Origin: Meiothermus sp.
Lineage (GTDB): Bacteria; Deinococcota; Deinococci; Deinococcales; Thermaceae
Direction: 5' to 3'
NCBI GenBank assembly: GCA_033762915.1
Contig: JANRLD010000070.1
Location: forward strand, 1-64,000
DNA: 64,000 nt
The stretch's first letter is position 1. Each line of letters begins with the position of its first letter. Position numbers and translations under genes: made by a program. A model generated the notes under the pieces. That model searched no databases, was not told where the DNA came from, and saw only the letters and a program-made list of their open reading frames with translations. Positions 18,090-28,532 of the stretch are shown in pieces.

Positions 18090-20972
18090 TCAAACCCTAA
18101 CCGCCTCCACAGCGGCCTCGAGCGCGGCCTTCTTGACCTCGACCAGCTCGCCAAAGCGCAGGTAGACCAGCCGCACCTCGGGCTCGACGCCCCAGGCCTG
18201 GCGGACGGCCTCGAGGTAGACGCCGAGCTGGAAGTGGTAGCGCTCGGGCCTGATCTGGGCGTCGGTTTTGTAGTCCTCGAGGTACCAGCGTCCGCCCGAA
18301 AGATACAGCCGGTCGATCACCCCCTGCCAGACCGTGGTGCCCATCGGGAGGGCCATGGCGAACTCGGGGTAGTCCTCGTCGCGGGGCCAGGGCAGTTCGC
18401 GGCCCAGCATCCGCTCGTAGCCTTGCAGGAGCGCTGCCACCTCGGCCATGATGGCCTCGCGCTCGGTGGCATTGAAGGGGAACATGACCTCCTGGGCCTC
18501 GAGGTTGCGGAGGTGCTCGGGGTTGCCGGACTGCCAATTCTGCCCGATGGCGTAGTGGACCAGCGTCCCCACCGCCCTGGCCTTGCCCGGCACCTCCTCG
18601 CCCTCGGTAGGGTCGGGCAGCGGCAGGGGCTCGTGCTCGGCCTCCTCGCGCTTGAAGGCCGAAGGGGAAAAGAGCGGCGGGAAGCGCTCGGTCTCGAAGG
18701 TGAGCCCGATCCAGGGCGAGGGCTCGAGCGCCTCGGCCTCCGGCTCGACCGGCACCTCTTTCGTCGGGCGGTACAGCCACGTCCGCTGCAGGAAGTCGGG
18801 CCGGTCGTAGGGGGTGGCCTCGGGCCCCAGCCCCATCGCCGCCAGGGTCGCCGCCCATCCCTCGGGCTTCTCCTGCCGGACACTCCCCGATAGCACCAGG
18901 ACATCCCGCGCCCTCGAGGCCGCCACGTAGAACAGCCGGTAGGTCTCCTCCTCCTCAAGCGCCTTGGCCTGCTGCTGCAGCACCGAGAACTGGGGGGTGT
19001 CTTCTAGGGCGAACACCTGTCGAAGTTCGAGAGGCGGGCCGGGGGATACCGGCCTGGGGAATAGGTTTTCCAATCTTCGCCCTTCCCCGTGCCCCACCCC
19101 CTCAGCATCTCCCCCGATGTACAACACTTGCGCCTGATGCACGCCCTTCCGACCCAGGTCGAAGACCGCCGCCACCGGCCACTCGAGGCCCTTGGCGCGG
19201 TGGACGGTGAGGATCTGGATACCCTCGCCGGATTGCGGCACGTCACCCGCTTCGGCCTGGCCGGAGAGCAGCTCGAGCCGCTCCAGCAGGGCCTCGAGGC
19301 TCTGCGGCGGGCGCGGGGCGAACTGGAACAAGAGCGCGTCCACGTTCTCCCTGGCCCGCAGCTCGAGGAAGTCCTGGTAGGCCCTTCCGGCGATCAGCGG
19401 CTCGCGCACCAGAAACTTCAGCACGTTCAGGGGCGAGGCCAGCCGAATCTGCTGCTGAATTTTCACCAGCCGTGCATGAATCTCGGGGTAGTTCAGCTCG
19501 AGCGAGCGCGCCGGGTTCTCGGCCCTCAGGATTTGCTCGACTGCGAACAGCTCGAGGCCCTGAAAGGAGGGAGCGGGGAGCCGGGAAGCCTGAGCAGTGG
19601 AGAAATCCTCGAGGCCTCTGCCCCCCTCCTCTCTCCCTCCCTCTTCCCTCATCCCCCTAACCTGCCCGAACGGCCCCCGCAGCCAGGCCATCAGCGACAG
19701 GCCGCGCGGGTCGAGCGCGGCCCGCAGGGCGTGGTAGAGGTCGCGGACTTCCTGGCGCTCGTAGTAACCGCGCCCCTGAAGCAGCACGTAGGGGAGCCCG
19801 GCCCGCTTGAAGGCCGACTCGAGGAAACCCACGCTGGCGTAGGAGCGCACCAGCACCGCCATCTGTGAATAGGGATAGTCGTAGCCCAGTTTTTGCAGGC
19901 GCTTGGCCAGGATCTCAGCCTCCTGGGCGCGGAGTTCATCCATCAGGGCCTCACCGACCGTCCAGTGCAGCTCGAGCCGCCCCCGCGCCTCGCGCACGCC
20001 GTGCACCTCGGGGGCCTCGCCGGGCGAGAAACCCAGGCCGCCCTTGGCAAGGTGCTGGGTCAGGCGGTTAAGGAAGCGCACCAGCGTGGCGGAGTGACGG
20101 AAAGAGTGGGTCAGGGGGGGCAGCACCTGGCCCTCCTGCATGGCCCGGCGGAACACCGCCACATCGGCGTTGCGGAAGGCGTAGATGCTCTGTTTGGGGT
20201 CGCCCACAATCTCCACCGGCAGGCCCGCGTCCTCGAGCGCGGCGAAGAAGCGGCCTTGCAGCGGGTTCACGTCCTGGTACTCGTCGACCAGCAGAATGCT
20301 GACGCGCTCGAGCACCCGCTCCAGTGCGGCCCGCTGGCGGGTCAGCTCGAGGGCGCGCAGCTCGAGTTCGGAGGGCGAGAGCAGGTTTGAGCGCAGGCGG
20401 CCCTTGTAGGCCGCGTAGACCGCATCGTAGACCCGCAGCAGGGTCCGGTTCTCCTCGCCCTCGGCGGCCACCCAGGCTTCGGCCAGGGAGCGCTTGGAGA
20501 AGAGGTGCAGCAGGGCCTCGGTCTGTTCGGGGTGTGCCACCCCCGCCAGCAGGTGGCTGGGGTCTTGGGCCAGGTACAACAGCGAGTTCCACTCCTCCTC
20601 GAACAGGGTCCGGGCCTCCCAGTCGCCCAGAATCGAGAAGTCGGGGTCGAGGTGCAGCAGCGGGGCGGCCAGCCGCAGGCACTGCCCCATGAAGCCGTGG
20701 ATGGTGCTGACGGCGGCCCCGCCCAGCTCGCGCCGGGCCTCGAGGAACTTCGGGCGGTCGGAGGGCTCGAGCACAAAGGAGAGGTGCGAGCCCTCCTCCA
20801 GCACCTCCTCGATTGCCTGCCCCACCCGTACGCGCAGTTCGTCGGCGGCCTTGCGGGTGAAGGTCACGCCGCCGATCCGGCGCAGTGGCGTCCCACCCGC
20901 GATCAGCTCGAGGTAGCGCAAGACCAGGCTGGCGGTCTTGCCAGTCCCGGCGGAGGCCACACGAACTTTCAC
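18090..20972 (-). CDS. addA: AddA-like UvrD helicase with C-terminal PD-(D/E)xK nuclease
   Basis: ASAGTGKT, VDEYQD, VGDPKQSIYAFR, TVHRAKGLE, GVIDRLY...EDYKT. Confidence 0.88.
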   Translation of the reverse strand: MKVRVASAGTGKTASLVLRYLELIAGGTPLRRIGGVTFTRKAADELRVRVGQAIEEVLEEGSHLSFVLEPSDRPKFLEARRELGGAAVSTIHGFMGQCLRLAAPLLHLDPDFSILGDWEARTLFEEEWNSLLYLAQDPSHLLAGVAHPEQTEALLHLFSKRSLAEAWVAAEGEENRTLLRVYDAVYAAYKGRLRSNLLSPSELELRALELTRQRAALERVLERVSILLVDEYQDVNPLQGRFFAALEDAGLPVEIVGDPKQSIYAFRNADVAVFRRAMQEGQVLPPLTHSFRHSATLVRFLNRLTQHLAKGGLGFSPGEAPEVHGVREARGRLELHWTVGEALMDELRAQEAEILAKRLQKLGYDYPYSQMAVLVRSYASVGFLESAFKRAGLPYVLLQGRGYYERQEVRDLYHALRAALDPRGLSLMAWLRGPFGQVRGMREEGGREEGGRGLEDFSTAQASRLPAPSFQGLELFAVEQILRAENPARSLELNYPEIHARLVKIQQQIRLASPLNVLKFLVREPLIAGRAYQDFLELRARENVDALLFQFAPRPPQSLEALLERLELLSGQAEAGDVPQSGEGIQILTVHRAKGLEWPVAAVFDLGRKGVHQAQVLYIGGDAEGVGHGEGRRLENLFPRPVSPGPPLELRQVFALEDTPQFSVLQQQAKALEEEETYRLFYVAASRARDVLVLSGSVRQEKPEGWAATLAAMGLGPEATPYDRPDFLQRTWLYRPTKEVPVEPEAEALEPSPWIGLTFETERFPPLFSPSAFKREEAEHEPLPLPDPTEGEEVPGKARAVGTLVHYAIGQNWQSGNPEHLRNLEAQEVMFPFNATEREAIMAEVAALLQGYERMLGRELPWPRDEDYPEFAMALPMGTTVWQGVIDRLYLSGGRWYLEDYKTDAQIRPERYHFQLGVYLEAVRQAWGVEPEVRLVYLRFGELVEVKKAALEAAVEAVRV

Positions 20973-21427
20973 AGCCGCTCGTCGGTATAATCCTGATGGC
21001 AGGCGATCAGGAGGAAGGCGCGGAACCCCTCGATGCTGAGGTGTCCTGCCGCCATCAACACCATGATGTCTTCGATCTCTATCGAAGGACGACCGGTAAA
21101 GTAGCCGTTGGCGTGGAGGGTTTCCTCCACCGTCAGCCAGGCGGTGCGCTTGTTGGCGTCGTGAAACGGGTGATTCTTAACCAGGCGGAAGCCCAGCGCG
21201 GCAACCTTGGTGAAAAAAGTTGGGTAGGCGTCGTCGCCCCCGGCGGTAGAAACGGGGGCGAACAGGACCGACTGGAGGGCCGCAGTGTCCCGCACACCCT
21301 GGAGCCCACCGAAGCGAACCAGCGCGTTCTGGTGAAGGGTCTCGACGAGTTTTCCGGTGGGATAGCGATGGCCTCTATAGCGGTAGAAAAAACTAGCGCT
21401 GAGCAAGGCCACGCAATACCTCCGCAT
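20969..21427 (-). CDS. Doc/Fic family toxin (start uncertain, 21406-21427)
   Basis: FGGLQGVRD and HPFHDANKRTA. Confidence 0.9.
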   Translation of the reverse strand: MRRYCVALLSASFFYRYRGHRYPTGKLVETLHQNALVRFGGLQGVRDTAALQSVLFAPVSTAGGDDAYPTFFTKVAALGFRLVKNHPFHDANKRTAWLTVEETLHANGYFTGRPSIEIEDIMVLMAAGHLSIEGFRAFLLIACHQDYTDERL

Positions 21428-21566
21428 TGCGCTCGAGGGCTTCAGCGACGATACGCTCTTGCTCTTCGGGGGTGATCTCCTCGAACTCCACCTCCTCGAG
21501 CTGGGGAAGCTCCACGCTGGCCGGAACGTCGAGCTGAATGGGCGGTTTAGATTCGGCAATATTCAT
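21393..21566 (-). CDS. Putative small acidic antitoxin
   Basis: About 57 aa ending ERNAEVLRGLAQR, overlapping the doc start; TGnTATACT upstream. Confidence 0.7.
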   Translation of the reverse strand: MNIAESKPPIQLDVPASVELPQLEEVEFEEITPEEQERIVAEALERNAEVLRGLAQR

Positions 21567-21661
21567 GTCGCACCTATCTGCCCAAAGTATAGCAAATTCC
21601 TGTTGACCCACCGTCCGCTGGCAGTCATTTGCCGGGGTACAGAGTGCTTGCCAGTCGCCAT

Positions 21662-22888
21662 TTACCCGTTCGGCTGGCGTTCGAGCCGACCATTCCTGCG
21701 GCGGCTCTGATACCAGTTGAGGGCGGGCTCCTCGATGAAGCGGTACGAGAGGGCCGCCGCCGCGTAGATTGCCGCCGTCAGCGCCGCGCAGATCAGCAGC
21801 CACTCGCCCAGGCTGTCCACGCCCGACCACTTGAAGTCCAGGTTCAGCCGGTCGCGGTACAGCTCGATGATCAGCATGTGCCAGATGTAGATGCCGAAGG
21901 AGACCTTGGCGGTGTAGCGGGCGAAGGGGTTGTCGGCCAGCCGGCCCAGCAGATTGCTGAAAGGCAGCGCCGCCAGCAGCAGCATCACCGGCAGGGTGGC
22001 GTAGGGGAAGAAGTAGGGCTGGGCCTGCCAGCTGTGGCTGAACTCCGGCTCGAGGCGCACCTGCCACAGCACCGCGGTTAGGCCAAGCAGCGAGAGCAGG
22101 GCAACCCCGTCAAAAAACCATAGTTTCTTGAGCCGCTCAGCGAGGGCCGGGCTGCGCTCGAGGCCCACGATCAGCCCGGCCGAGAACACCCCGAAGATGT
22201 AGTGGGCGAACATGCCCAGCAGGCTGTAGTGCGGGAACCACTCCTTGGCCCCGCCCAGCAGGCCGTACTCCCAGCCGCGCCGATACCCGTCGGGCTGGAA
22301 ATACTCCACCAGCACCTGGTTGAGCCCCAGCACCAACACCAGCGCCCCCAGCCAGTAAAGGTAGGCCACCCCCAGACCGCGCCGCGGGATCTGCCAGAAC
22401 ATGAGCATCATCATCAGGGGCATCAGCAAGTAGCAGAAGACCTCGAAACTGATGCTCCACAGCGGGCCGTTGATCTCGGTGGGGAAGTAGGTCAGGTAGT
22501 GCAGCCCGGAGGTCAGGGTCAGGCCAGCAAAGAAGCGCTCCCACACCAGCTGATCGGGGTGCCAGAGGAGGTAGCCGATCCCGAAGCTCAGGATCAGGCT
22601 GGCGTAATAGCCCGGCAAAATGCGCACCGCCCGGCGGCGGGCGAACTCCCGAAGGTCGGGCAGGGGCCCTCTGGCAGCGAAGTTGCGCCAGAACGGGATC
22701 GAGAGCAGCATCCCCGAGAGCACGAAGAACATGCTGACCCCGGCCTCGCCCTTGAGACCGAAGTGATAGAGGGCCTGCACCAGCGGGGTCTGGGCCTCGC
22801 CGTTGAGCCGCTCCAAGAAGTGGTGCCCTAGCACCATCAGGCAGGCCATGGCCCGCACGCCGTCCGCCCCAAGGATAGTGTTTTTCAT
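21662..22888 (-). CDS. Acyltransferase-3 family membrane protein
   Basis: DGVRAMACLMV, FFVLSG, RRAVRILP, LWSISFE. Confidence 0.93.
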   Translation of the reverse strand: MKNTILGADGVRAMACLMVLGHHFLERLNGEAQTPLVQALYHFGLKGEAGVSMFFVLSGMLLSIPFWRNFAARGPLPDLREFARRRAVRILPGYYASLILSFGIGYLLWHPDQLVWERFFAGLTLTSGLHYLTYFPTEINGPLWSISFEVFCYLLMPLMMMLMFWQIPRRGLGVAYLYWLGALVLVLGLNQVLVEYFQPDGYRRGWEYGLLGGAKEWFPHYSLLGMFAHYIFGVFSAGLIVGLERSPALAERLKKLWFFDGVALLSLLGLTAVLWQVRLEPEFSHSWQAQPYFFPYATLPVMLLLAALPFSNLLGRLADNPFARYTAKVSFGIYIWHMLIIELYRDRLNLDFKWSGVDSLGEWLLICAALTAAIYAAAALSYRFIEEPALNWYQSRRRNGRLERQPNG

Positions 22889-22900
22889 AGCGCGGGCGTC

Positions 22901-23377
22901 TCAGCCCATCGCCATTATGCGTCCCCCGGTCAGAATTTGAAGCTCCTGTGGCGTTAAACCAAACAGTGACAGCGGCGTTCCGGCGGCGGCGTAGACCTGG
23001 GCGTAACCCATCAGATCGGGGTCGAGGAGGGCCTCGAGCGCGGTCACGTGTCCCACTGGCGGCACCCCCCCGATGGCGAAACCGGTGACCTCCCGCACGT
23101 AGTCGGCGTTGGGCTTCTCCAGCCGCTCCCCCAGCTGCAGCTCCACCCCGTGAACGTCCACCCGGTTGGAGCCAGAGACCAGCAGCAGATAGGGCCTGCC
23201 GCTGCTGGCCCCGCGAAAGATCAGGCTCTTGACGATCTGTCCCAGCGCGCACCCCACCGCCTCGGCGGCCTCCTGGGCGGTGCGGGTGGACTGAGAAAGC
23301 TCCAGGACCTCGAGGTGGCCGAAGCCGCGCTCTGTGAGCACGTCCCGGACCCTTTGCGATGAGGGGGAGAGGGGCAT
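22901..23377 (-). CDS. YbaK/EbsC aminoacyl-tRNA editing protein
   Basis: IVKSLIF, TGFAIGGVPPVGH, AAAG. Confidence 0.93.
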   Translation of the reverse strand: MPLSPSSQRVRDVLTERGFGHLEVLELSQSTRTAQEAAEAVGCALGQIVKSLIFRGASSGRPYLLLVSGSNRVDVHGVELQLGERLEKPNADYVREVTGFAIGGVPPVGHVTALEALLDPDLMGYAQVYAAAGTPLSLFGLTPQELQILTGGRIMAMG

Positions 23378-23768
23378 GGGGGAAAGAATACGGGAGGGAC
23401 GAGGACGAGGGAAGAGGGTCCGAAGCGAGGAAGCTTGCCGGGCATAACCAAACGGAGCCGAAGGGAGGGAACTTGAGCCACCGCAAATATAAGAGGAGCC
23501 AACCTCGAGGTTGCGCAGCGCTTCTTTCTTCGTCTTTTGACCTTCGACCCAAAACTTGTAGCAAAGGCAACGAAAATTCCTCATCTTCGTTTTGCTACCT
23601 TCAATATTGGTTGGGGAGTAGCCACTCGGACAGAGTCGGTCAATCGTCAGTACGGGGCTTGGCCCCCGGTTGACCAGGCGGGCAAAAATCCGTCGGCAAG
23701 ACCACCACGACATCCGGTGCCGTGGTGGTCTTTCGTTGCATCGCGGCCCGGCTAGAGGAGGTCTACGG

Positions 23769-24989
23769 ATGCAGCAGATTCTGACTCGCTTTGTCGGCGT
23801 TTCGGCTATCGCAGGCGTGCTGGGCGCGGCCCTGGGGCAGGGGATCACGCCCTTCAACGAGGCCAGGGCGGCCCTCGAGTACGAGCGCAACACCGTGGAA
23901 ATCGTGCAGCGCTACGGCCCCAGCGTGGTGGCGGTGGGCGTGAGCGTGCAGGGGCAGCGGCTGGGGCCGAGGGGCTTTGGACTGCCCGGCCTCGAGCGCG
24001 CGCGGCCCATGCCGGAGACCCAGCAGGGTAGCGGGAGCGGCTTCGTCATCAGCCGCGAGGGGCAGATCGTCACCAATTACCATGTGATCCAGGCCGCGCT
24101 AAACGGTCGCAGCACCCAGCTGCGCGAGGGCGCACGCATCACCGTGGACTTCCCCAGCGACGACAAGGACGGCCTGCTGGTGCGGGTGCTGGGGGTGAAC
24201 CCCTCCTACGACCTGGCCCTGCTCGAGCTGCAAGACTCGAGGCTGCTCCCGGTCGGCCTCAACCCGATCCGGCTGGCCGACGCCGCCGGGGTGCAGGTGG
24301 GCCAGAAGGTGATCGCCATCGGGAACCCCTTCGGGCTCCAGTCCACCGTGACCACCGGGGTGGTCTCGGCGCTGGCGCGGGAGGTGCCCTCGGTGGGGCG
24401 CATCAACGTCCCGATGATCCAGACCGACGCGGCCATCAACCCCGGCAGCTCGGGTGGGCCGCTGCTGAACTCGAGGGGCGAGTTGGTGGGGATCAACACC
24501 GCCATCCTGCCCGGCATCTCGGCCAACGGTCAGCGGGGCTTCCTGGGCATTGGGTTCGCGGTGCCGACCCAGTTCTTGAGTGAGAACCTGGCGGCGCTCC
24601 GGCAGGGCGGCTACGCAGGGGTCTTCGAGAGCCGCCCACGCATCGGGATCGAGGTGCGCCCGCTCTCCGACTACCCCGAGGCCCTGCGGCGCAACCAGAA
24701 CCTGCCCGAGGGCGGCCTCAAGGTGATGTGGGTAGACCCCAACGGCCCCGGCGCGAAGGCTGGTCTGCAGGCCGGAACGCTGACGATGTGGGCCGAGGGA
24801 CAGGAGTTCGTGGTGGGGGGCGACGTGCTGCTGGAGCTGAACGGCCAGCCGGTGCGCGGCGCTACCGAGCTTCAGCAAAAGGTCTTTGCCAAGCGGCCCG
24901 GCGAGGCCGTGCAGCTCACCGTTTGGCGCGACGGCCAGCGCATCAGCAAACAGGTAACGCTCGAGATCGTGCCGCTGGCAAGCCGCTAG
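23769..24989 (+). CDS. HtrA/DegP serine protease with PDZ domain
   Basis: GSGSGF, TNYHV, QTDAAINPGSSGGPL. Confidence 0.95.
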   Translation: MQQILTRFVGVSAIAGVLGAALGQGITPFNEARAALEYERNTVEIVQRYGPSVVAVGVSVQGQRLGPRGFGLPGLERARPMPETQQGSGSGFVISREGQIVTNYHVIQAALNGRSTQLREGARITVDFPSDDKDGLLVRVLGVNPSYDLALLELQDSRLLPVGLNPIRLADAAGVQVGQKVIAIGNPFGLQSTVTTGVVSALAREVPSVGRINVPMIQTDAAINPGSSGGPLLNSRGELVGINTAILPGISANGQRGFLGIGFAVPTQFLSENLAALRQGGYAGVFESRPRIGIEVRPLSDYPEALRRNQNLPEGGLKVMWVDPNGPGAKAGLQAGTLTMWAEGQEFVVGGDVLLELNGQPVRGATELQQKVFAKRPGEAVQLTVWRDGQRISKQVTLEIVPLASR

Positions 24990-24999
24990 GAGGAACCCC

Positions 25000-25314
25000 A
25001 TGACTGCCCAGGCCATGCTTTGCCCCGACTGCCACAGCGAAGTCACCGGCCAAGACCCCCACTGCCTGGTCTGCTCGCCCGAGGCCGCGCCAGAGGCCCA
25101 GCTCTGGGTGCGGGCGAACTGGATGCCCGGCACCCTCGACCAGGTTGAGCTGGCGCTCGAGGGCACCCTCGAGCGCTCGACCGTCTCGCTGGGCTGGATC
25201 CACCGCAACCTGGGCGAGCAGTACGGCCACGACCTCTACCTCAAAGGCAAGGCCCGTTTCGCCTGCAACCCCAGCTTCTGGCGGGCCCTGAGCACCAGAA
25301 GCTTCGCCGACTGA
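25000..25314 (+). CDS. Hypothetical protein with N-terminal CxxC...CxxC
   Basis: AGGAGG RBS; follows htrA. Confidence 0.5.
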   Translation: MTAQAMLCPDCHSEVTGQDPHCLVCSPEAAPEAQLWVRANWMPGTLDQVELALEGTLERSTVSLGWIHRNLGEQYGHDLYLKGKARFACNPSFWRALSTRSFAD

Positions 25315-25624
25315 CCGAGACCGGGCCAACCTCGAAGCTGCTTGGCTCGACAAGTTGGACGTGCGCAACGCCAGCCTGCGCGACGTTCGGCTGGTTCAGG
25401 GGATGGGGTTTGACCAGAAGCGGGTCGCCTTTGTCAGCGCGACCCGGCAGAACCTGCGCCTGCTGCCCGCCGACAAGAGTGAACCGGTGGTCAAGCGGCT
25501 CGAGGACTTCCCTGTGACCGAGGAACGCTCCTACAGCGTCTTCGTCTTCGGGCTGAGCAAAGGCCAAGGAGCCCAGGCACTGAGCGTGGTGAAGGTGCAA
25601 GACAAGGCCCGGGCCGAGCCGTGA
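25292..25624 (+). pseudogene. Possible DUF4397-like C-terminal fragment
   Basis: LDVRN...SYSVFVFG resembles VDVAL...VYSVFAVG in 27125-27778; no good start. Confidence 0.35.
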
Positions 25625-25735
25625 ACGCCGGGGCCAGACGGTGAAGCGCTGGGCGGACCTCCCGCGACCCGCCCACCCCCCTCCGGCCCAATTCCCTTCG
25701 TCCCCACGGCGTTTGCCGTGGGGTTACGCTTTGGG

Positions 25736-27022
25736 TTAGCGCACCCCGCGCAGGTACCCGGCAATCGGCCCCACCGCCGCACCGTCTCTCGAGGTCAGAA
25801 TGTCCAGGTGCGTCAGCCCCGGCAAGATCTGGACGGTCTGAGGTGTGTTTGGGAAGACCTCGGCCACGCCCCGGAAGCTTTCGGGGCTGGGCAGCAGCCC
25901 GCGTCCGGCGCCCAGCGAGAGCACCGGGTAGGGCGTCGTGCGGGGCTGCAACTCCGGCATGGCCCAGCGCCAGTTGCCCACGTCGAGCGTGAGGCGATAG
26001 GGGAAGAACCACTCTGAAAAGCCGGTGACGGGGTTGGCGTAGAGTTGGAGAAACTCGAGCGGGTCAGTCGGCTCGCCGGTGTCCAGCCACTCCACCCGGC
26101 CCCCTCGAGGGCCGCGCACGGTGTAGGCAGGCGAGCCCAGAATCAGGCTCACCAGGCTGATGCCCTCCCGCCCGCTGGCCCGCCCCACCGAGACCTTGAA
26201 GGCCGCCAAGGGCTGATAGCGCTCGTCCACCCGATACAGCGCGGCGGCGATGCGGCTGGCGCGAAAAGGTGCCCAGCCCGGCGGGGCGTCGGCCTGGGGG
26301 CTCCGGGCCGCCACGAAGGCTTGGGCCTCGGCCTGGGCGAAAGCCACCGGGTCGAGGCCGAACAGCGAGATGTACGGCAGGGCTTGTCCAGCCAGCAGTT
26401 CGTTGAGGCCGGCGGTGCGCCCGAAAGCATTGGAGCCGCCCCCTTCGTACTGCTCACGCGTGGTGGCGGTGGGGCGCAGCGCCCCGTCCAGGAAGATCAG
26501 CCCGTTGATGCTCTCGGGCCGGTATAGGGCGTACAGCCCCGCAATGCTGGCCCCCAGGCTGTGCCCGGCCAGCACCACTGGCCCGCGCGCGCGGGCCTGA
26601 CGGACCAGTGCCTCGAGGTCGTCGAGGTGAACCTTCAGGCCCCAGTCCTTGAGGAAGGGAAGCTGGGGCAGCTTGTAGCTCTGGTAATAGGCCCAAGGGT
26701 CGGGCTGGTTGAAACCCGAGCGATCCTCGAGGCCGTTGGCCCGCCTGTCCCAGACCCAGACCTCCCAGCCCGGAGCCGCCGGCAGCAAGCGCCGCGCCAG
26801 GGCCTCGAAGTTGCCTGCACCCCCCAGAAAACCCGGTATGAAAATCAGCGTGCCCCTGAACGCGCCCTGGGCCGGATAGACCGCCGCGTAGCTCCGGTCG
26901 AACTGGGCTCCAGCGGCGGTTACGGCCCCCGCGAAGCTGCGGTACTCCGGGCTGCCCGTCCAGCGCTCGACCTGGGCCGCCGCGAAACCCAGACCTACCA
27001 GCAAAGCCATTAGCCATTGCAT
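25736..27022 (-). CDS. Secreted alpha/beta hydrolase
   Basis: Signal peptide, GHSLG nucleophile elbow, THLD. Confidence 0.85.
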   Translation of the reverse strand: MQWLMALLVGLGFAAAQVERWTGSPEYRSFAGAVTAAGAQFDRSYAAVYPAQGAFRGTLIFIPGFLGGAGNFEALARRLLPAAPGWEVWVWDRRANGLEDRSGFNQPDPWAYYQSYKLPQLPFLKDWGLKVHLDDLEALVRQARARGPVVLAGHSLGASIAGLYALYRPESINGLIFLDGALRPTATTREQYEGGGSNAFGRTAGLNELLAGQALPYISLFGLDPVAFAQAEAQAFVAARSPQADAPPGWAPFRASRIAAALYRVDERYQPLAAFKVSVGRASGREGISLVSLILGSPAYTVRGPRGGRVEWLDTGEPTDPLEFLQLYANPVTGFSEWFFPYRLTLDVGNWRWAMPELQPRTTPYPVLSLGAGRGLLPSPESFRGVAEVFPNTPQTVQILPGLTHLDILTSRDGAAVGPIAGYLRGVR

Positions 27023-27070
27023 GGCCCTATGCTGCACCGGAGGGCCGCCAAAATAAAGCGCCGAGGGCAC

Positions 27071-27107
27071 AAAAAACCCCTCGAGCCAAACTCGAGGGGT
27101 TGCTTTT
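27071..27107. terminator. Hairpin terminator
   Basis: aaaaaacccctcgag-ccaaa-ctcgaggggtt. Confidence 0.75.
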
Positions 27108-27124
27108 GCGTTCGACGCGAGCGA

Positions 27125-27778
27125 CTACGGGCTGAAGCTGTCCTCGACTACCACCACCTCGAGGGTGTTGTCGGCGAGCGAGCCAACCGCGAACACGCTG
27201 TAGACCTTCCCGGCCTCGAAGGCCACGCCGTCCAGGGGTAGCGCCACCTGGTTGGTGTCGGTCGGGCGGATCTCGAGGTTGAAGGTGGCCGCGGGGACCG
27301 TACCGTAGCCGGAGACCTTAGGGAAGCTGAGGTTACGGAACAGCACCGGGCCGCCCTTTAGGGCCACGTCCACGGCCGGCGCGTCGGCGGAGGCGTGAAC
27401 GACCCGTACCCTGGCCGCGCCCTCGGCGGGGGTCAGGCGATCCTCGACTAGGCGGGTTTGCAGACGGGCGGCAGTGCCCAGCGCCATCACCGTATAGCGC
27501 TTCCCGGCCTGCACCCGGATGGTCACATCGGCGACCTTGGCGGGCTGCTGGGCGGTGGTCTGAACACCCAGGGTGATCGAGCCGGCCGGAACCTCGACAT
27601 AGGAGGTCACCGACTTGAAGGTCTGCGCCTCGAAGACCTTGGTGCTGCCCGAGAGGATGTCCACCGCCGGAGCGTCGGGCACCAGATGAGCGAAGCGCAC
27701 GAAGGCCGTACCCTGCTGCTGGGCCAGGCCCAGACCCGCCACCACCGCCATAGCCAAAAACCACTTCACCAAGTGCAT
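27125..27778 (-). CDS. Secreted DUF4397 protein
   Basis: VRFAHLVPDAPAVD and VRVVHASADAPAVDV repeats. Confidence 0.88.
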   Translation of the reverse strand: MHLVKWFLAMAVVAGLGLAQQQGTAFVRFAHLVPDAPAVDILSGSTKVFEAQTFKSVTSYVEVPAGSITLGVQTTAQQPAKVADVTIRVQAGKRYTVMALGTAARLQTRLVEDRLTPAEGAARVRVVHASADAPAVDVALKGGPVLFRNLSFPKVSGYGTVPAATFNLEIRPTDTNQVALPLDGVAFEAGKVYSVFAVGSLADNTLEVVVVEDSFSP

Positions 27779-27936
27779 AACGACACCCCTTTCGCTGCCC
27801 TTCGTGCTGAGCTCCCCTGTTGTTTGAACTCGGGAAAATCTGCGGGACACTCTAACCCGCCGCTGCTGACCCCGCCATGGTCGAACCTACAAACTGCAGA
27901 CCCCGCCACAAGGGCGGGGTCTGCTGGCGGCTGAGG

Positions 27937-28437
27937 TTACTTGGGCATCAACACGGTGTCGATCACGTGGATCACGCCGTTCTTGGCCATGATGTCCACG
28001 GCGGTCACCTTGGAGTTGCCGTTGAGGGTGACGTTGCTGCCCGCCACCGCGATGGTGACTTCCTGACCCTGGACGGTCTTGGCCGCCTTGCCGTTGAGCT
28101 TAACCACCTCTGCCGCAGGCACACTCCCCGCCACCACGTGGTAGGTCAGCACCTTGGTGAGGGCGGCCCTGTCAGCCAGCAGTTTGTAGAGATCAGCCTT
28201 GGGGATCTTGGCGAAGGCGGCGTTGGTGGGCGCGAAGACGGTGAACGGCCCGGTGCCCGCCAGGGTATCGCCCAGCCCGGCAGCCCGCACAGCGGCCAGC
28301 AGGGTGCTGAAGTCGGGGTTGCCCGCGACAATCTGGGTGATGGTCATCTCGCGGGTGTTCATCTGGGTCTGACCCGAGGTCAGGCCGAGGGCGGCTAGGG
28401 CCAGGACGGCGAGGGCGTATACGGCTTTGAGTTTCAT
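27937..28437 (-). CDS. Secreted fasciclin (FAS1) protein
   Basis: FTVFAPTNAAF, LTYHVV, NGVIHVIDTVL. Confidence 0.95.
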   Translation of the reverse strand: MKLKAVYALAVLALAALGLTSGQTQMNTREMTITQIVAGNPDFSTLLAAVRAAGLGDTLAGTGPFTVFAPTNAAFAKIPKADLYKLLADRAALTKVLTYHVVAGSVPAAEVVKLNGKAAKTVQGQEVTIAVAGSNVTLNGNSKVTAVDIMAKNGVIHVIDTVLMPK

Positions 28438-28532
28438 GGGTGTTCCTCCTCTATGGGAAAACAGCTCGATACCCGTCCGGCGGCCTATCTGGCCCCTACC
28501 GGACTCGAGTAAACCTGAACTGCCTTCTGAGT

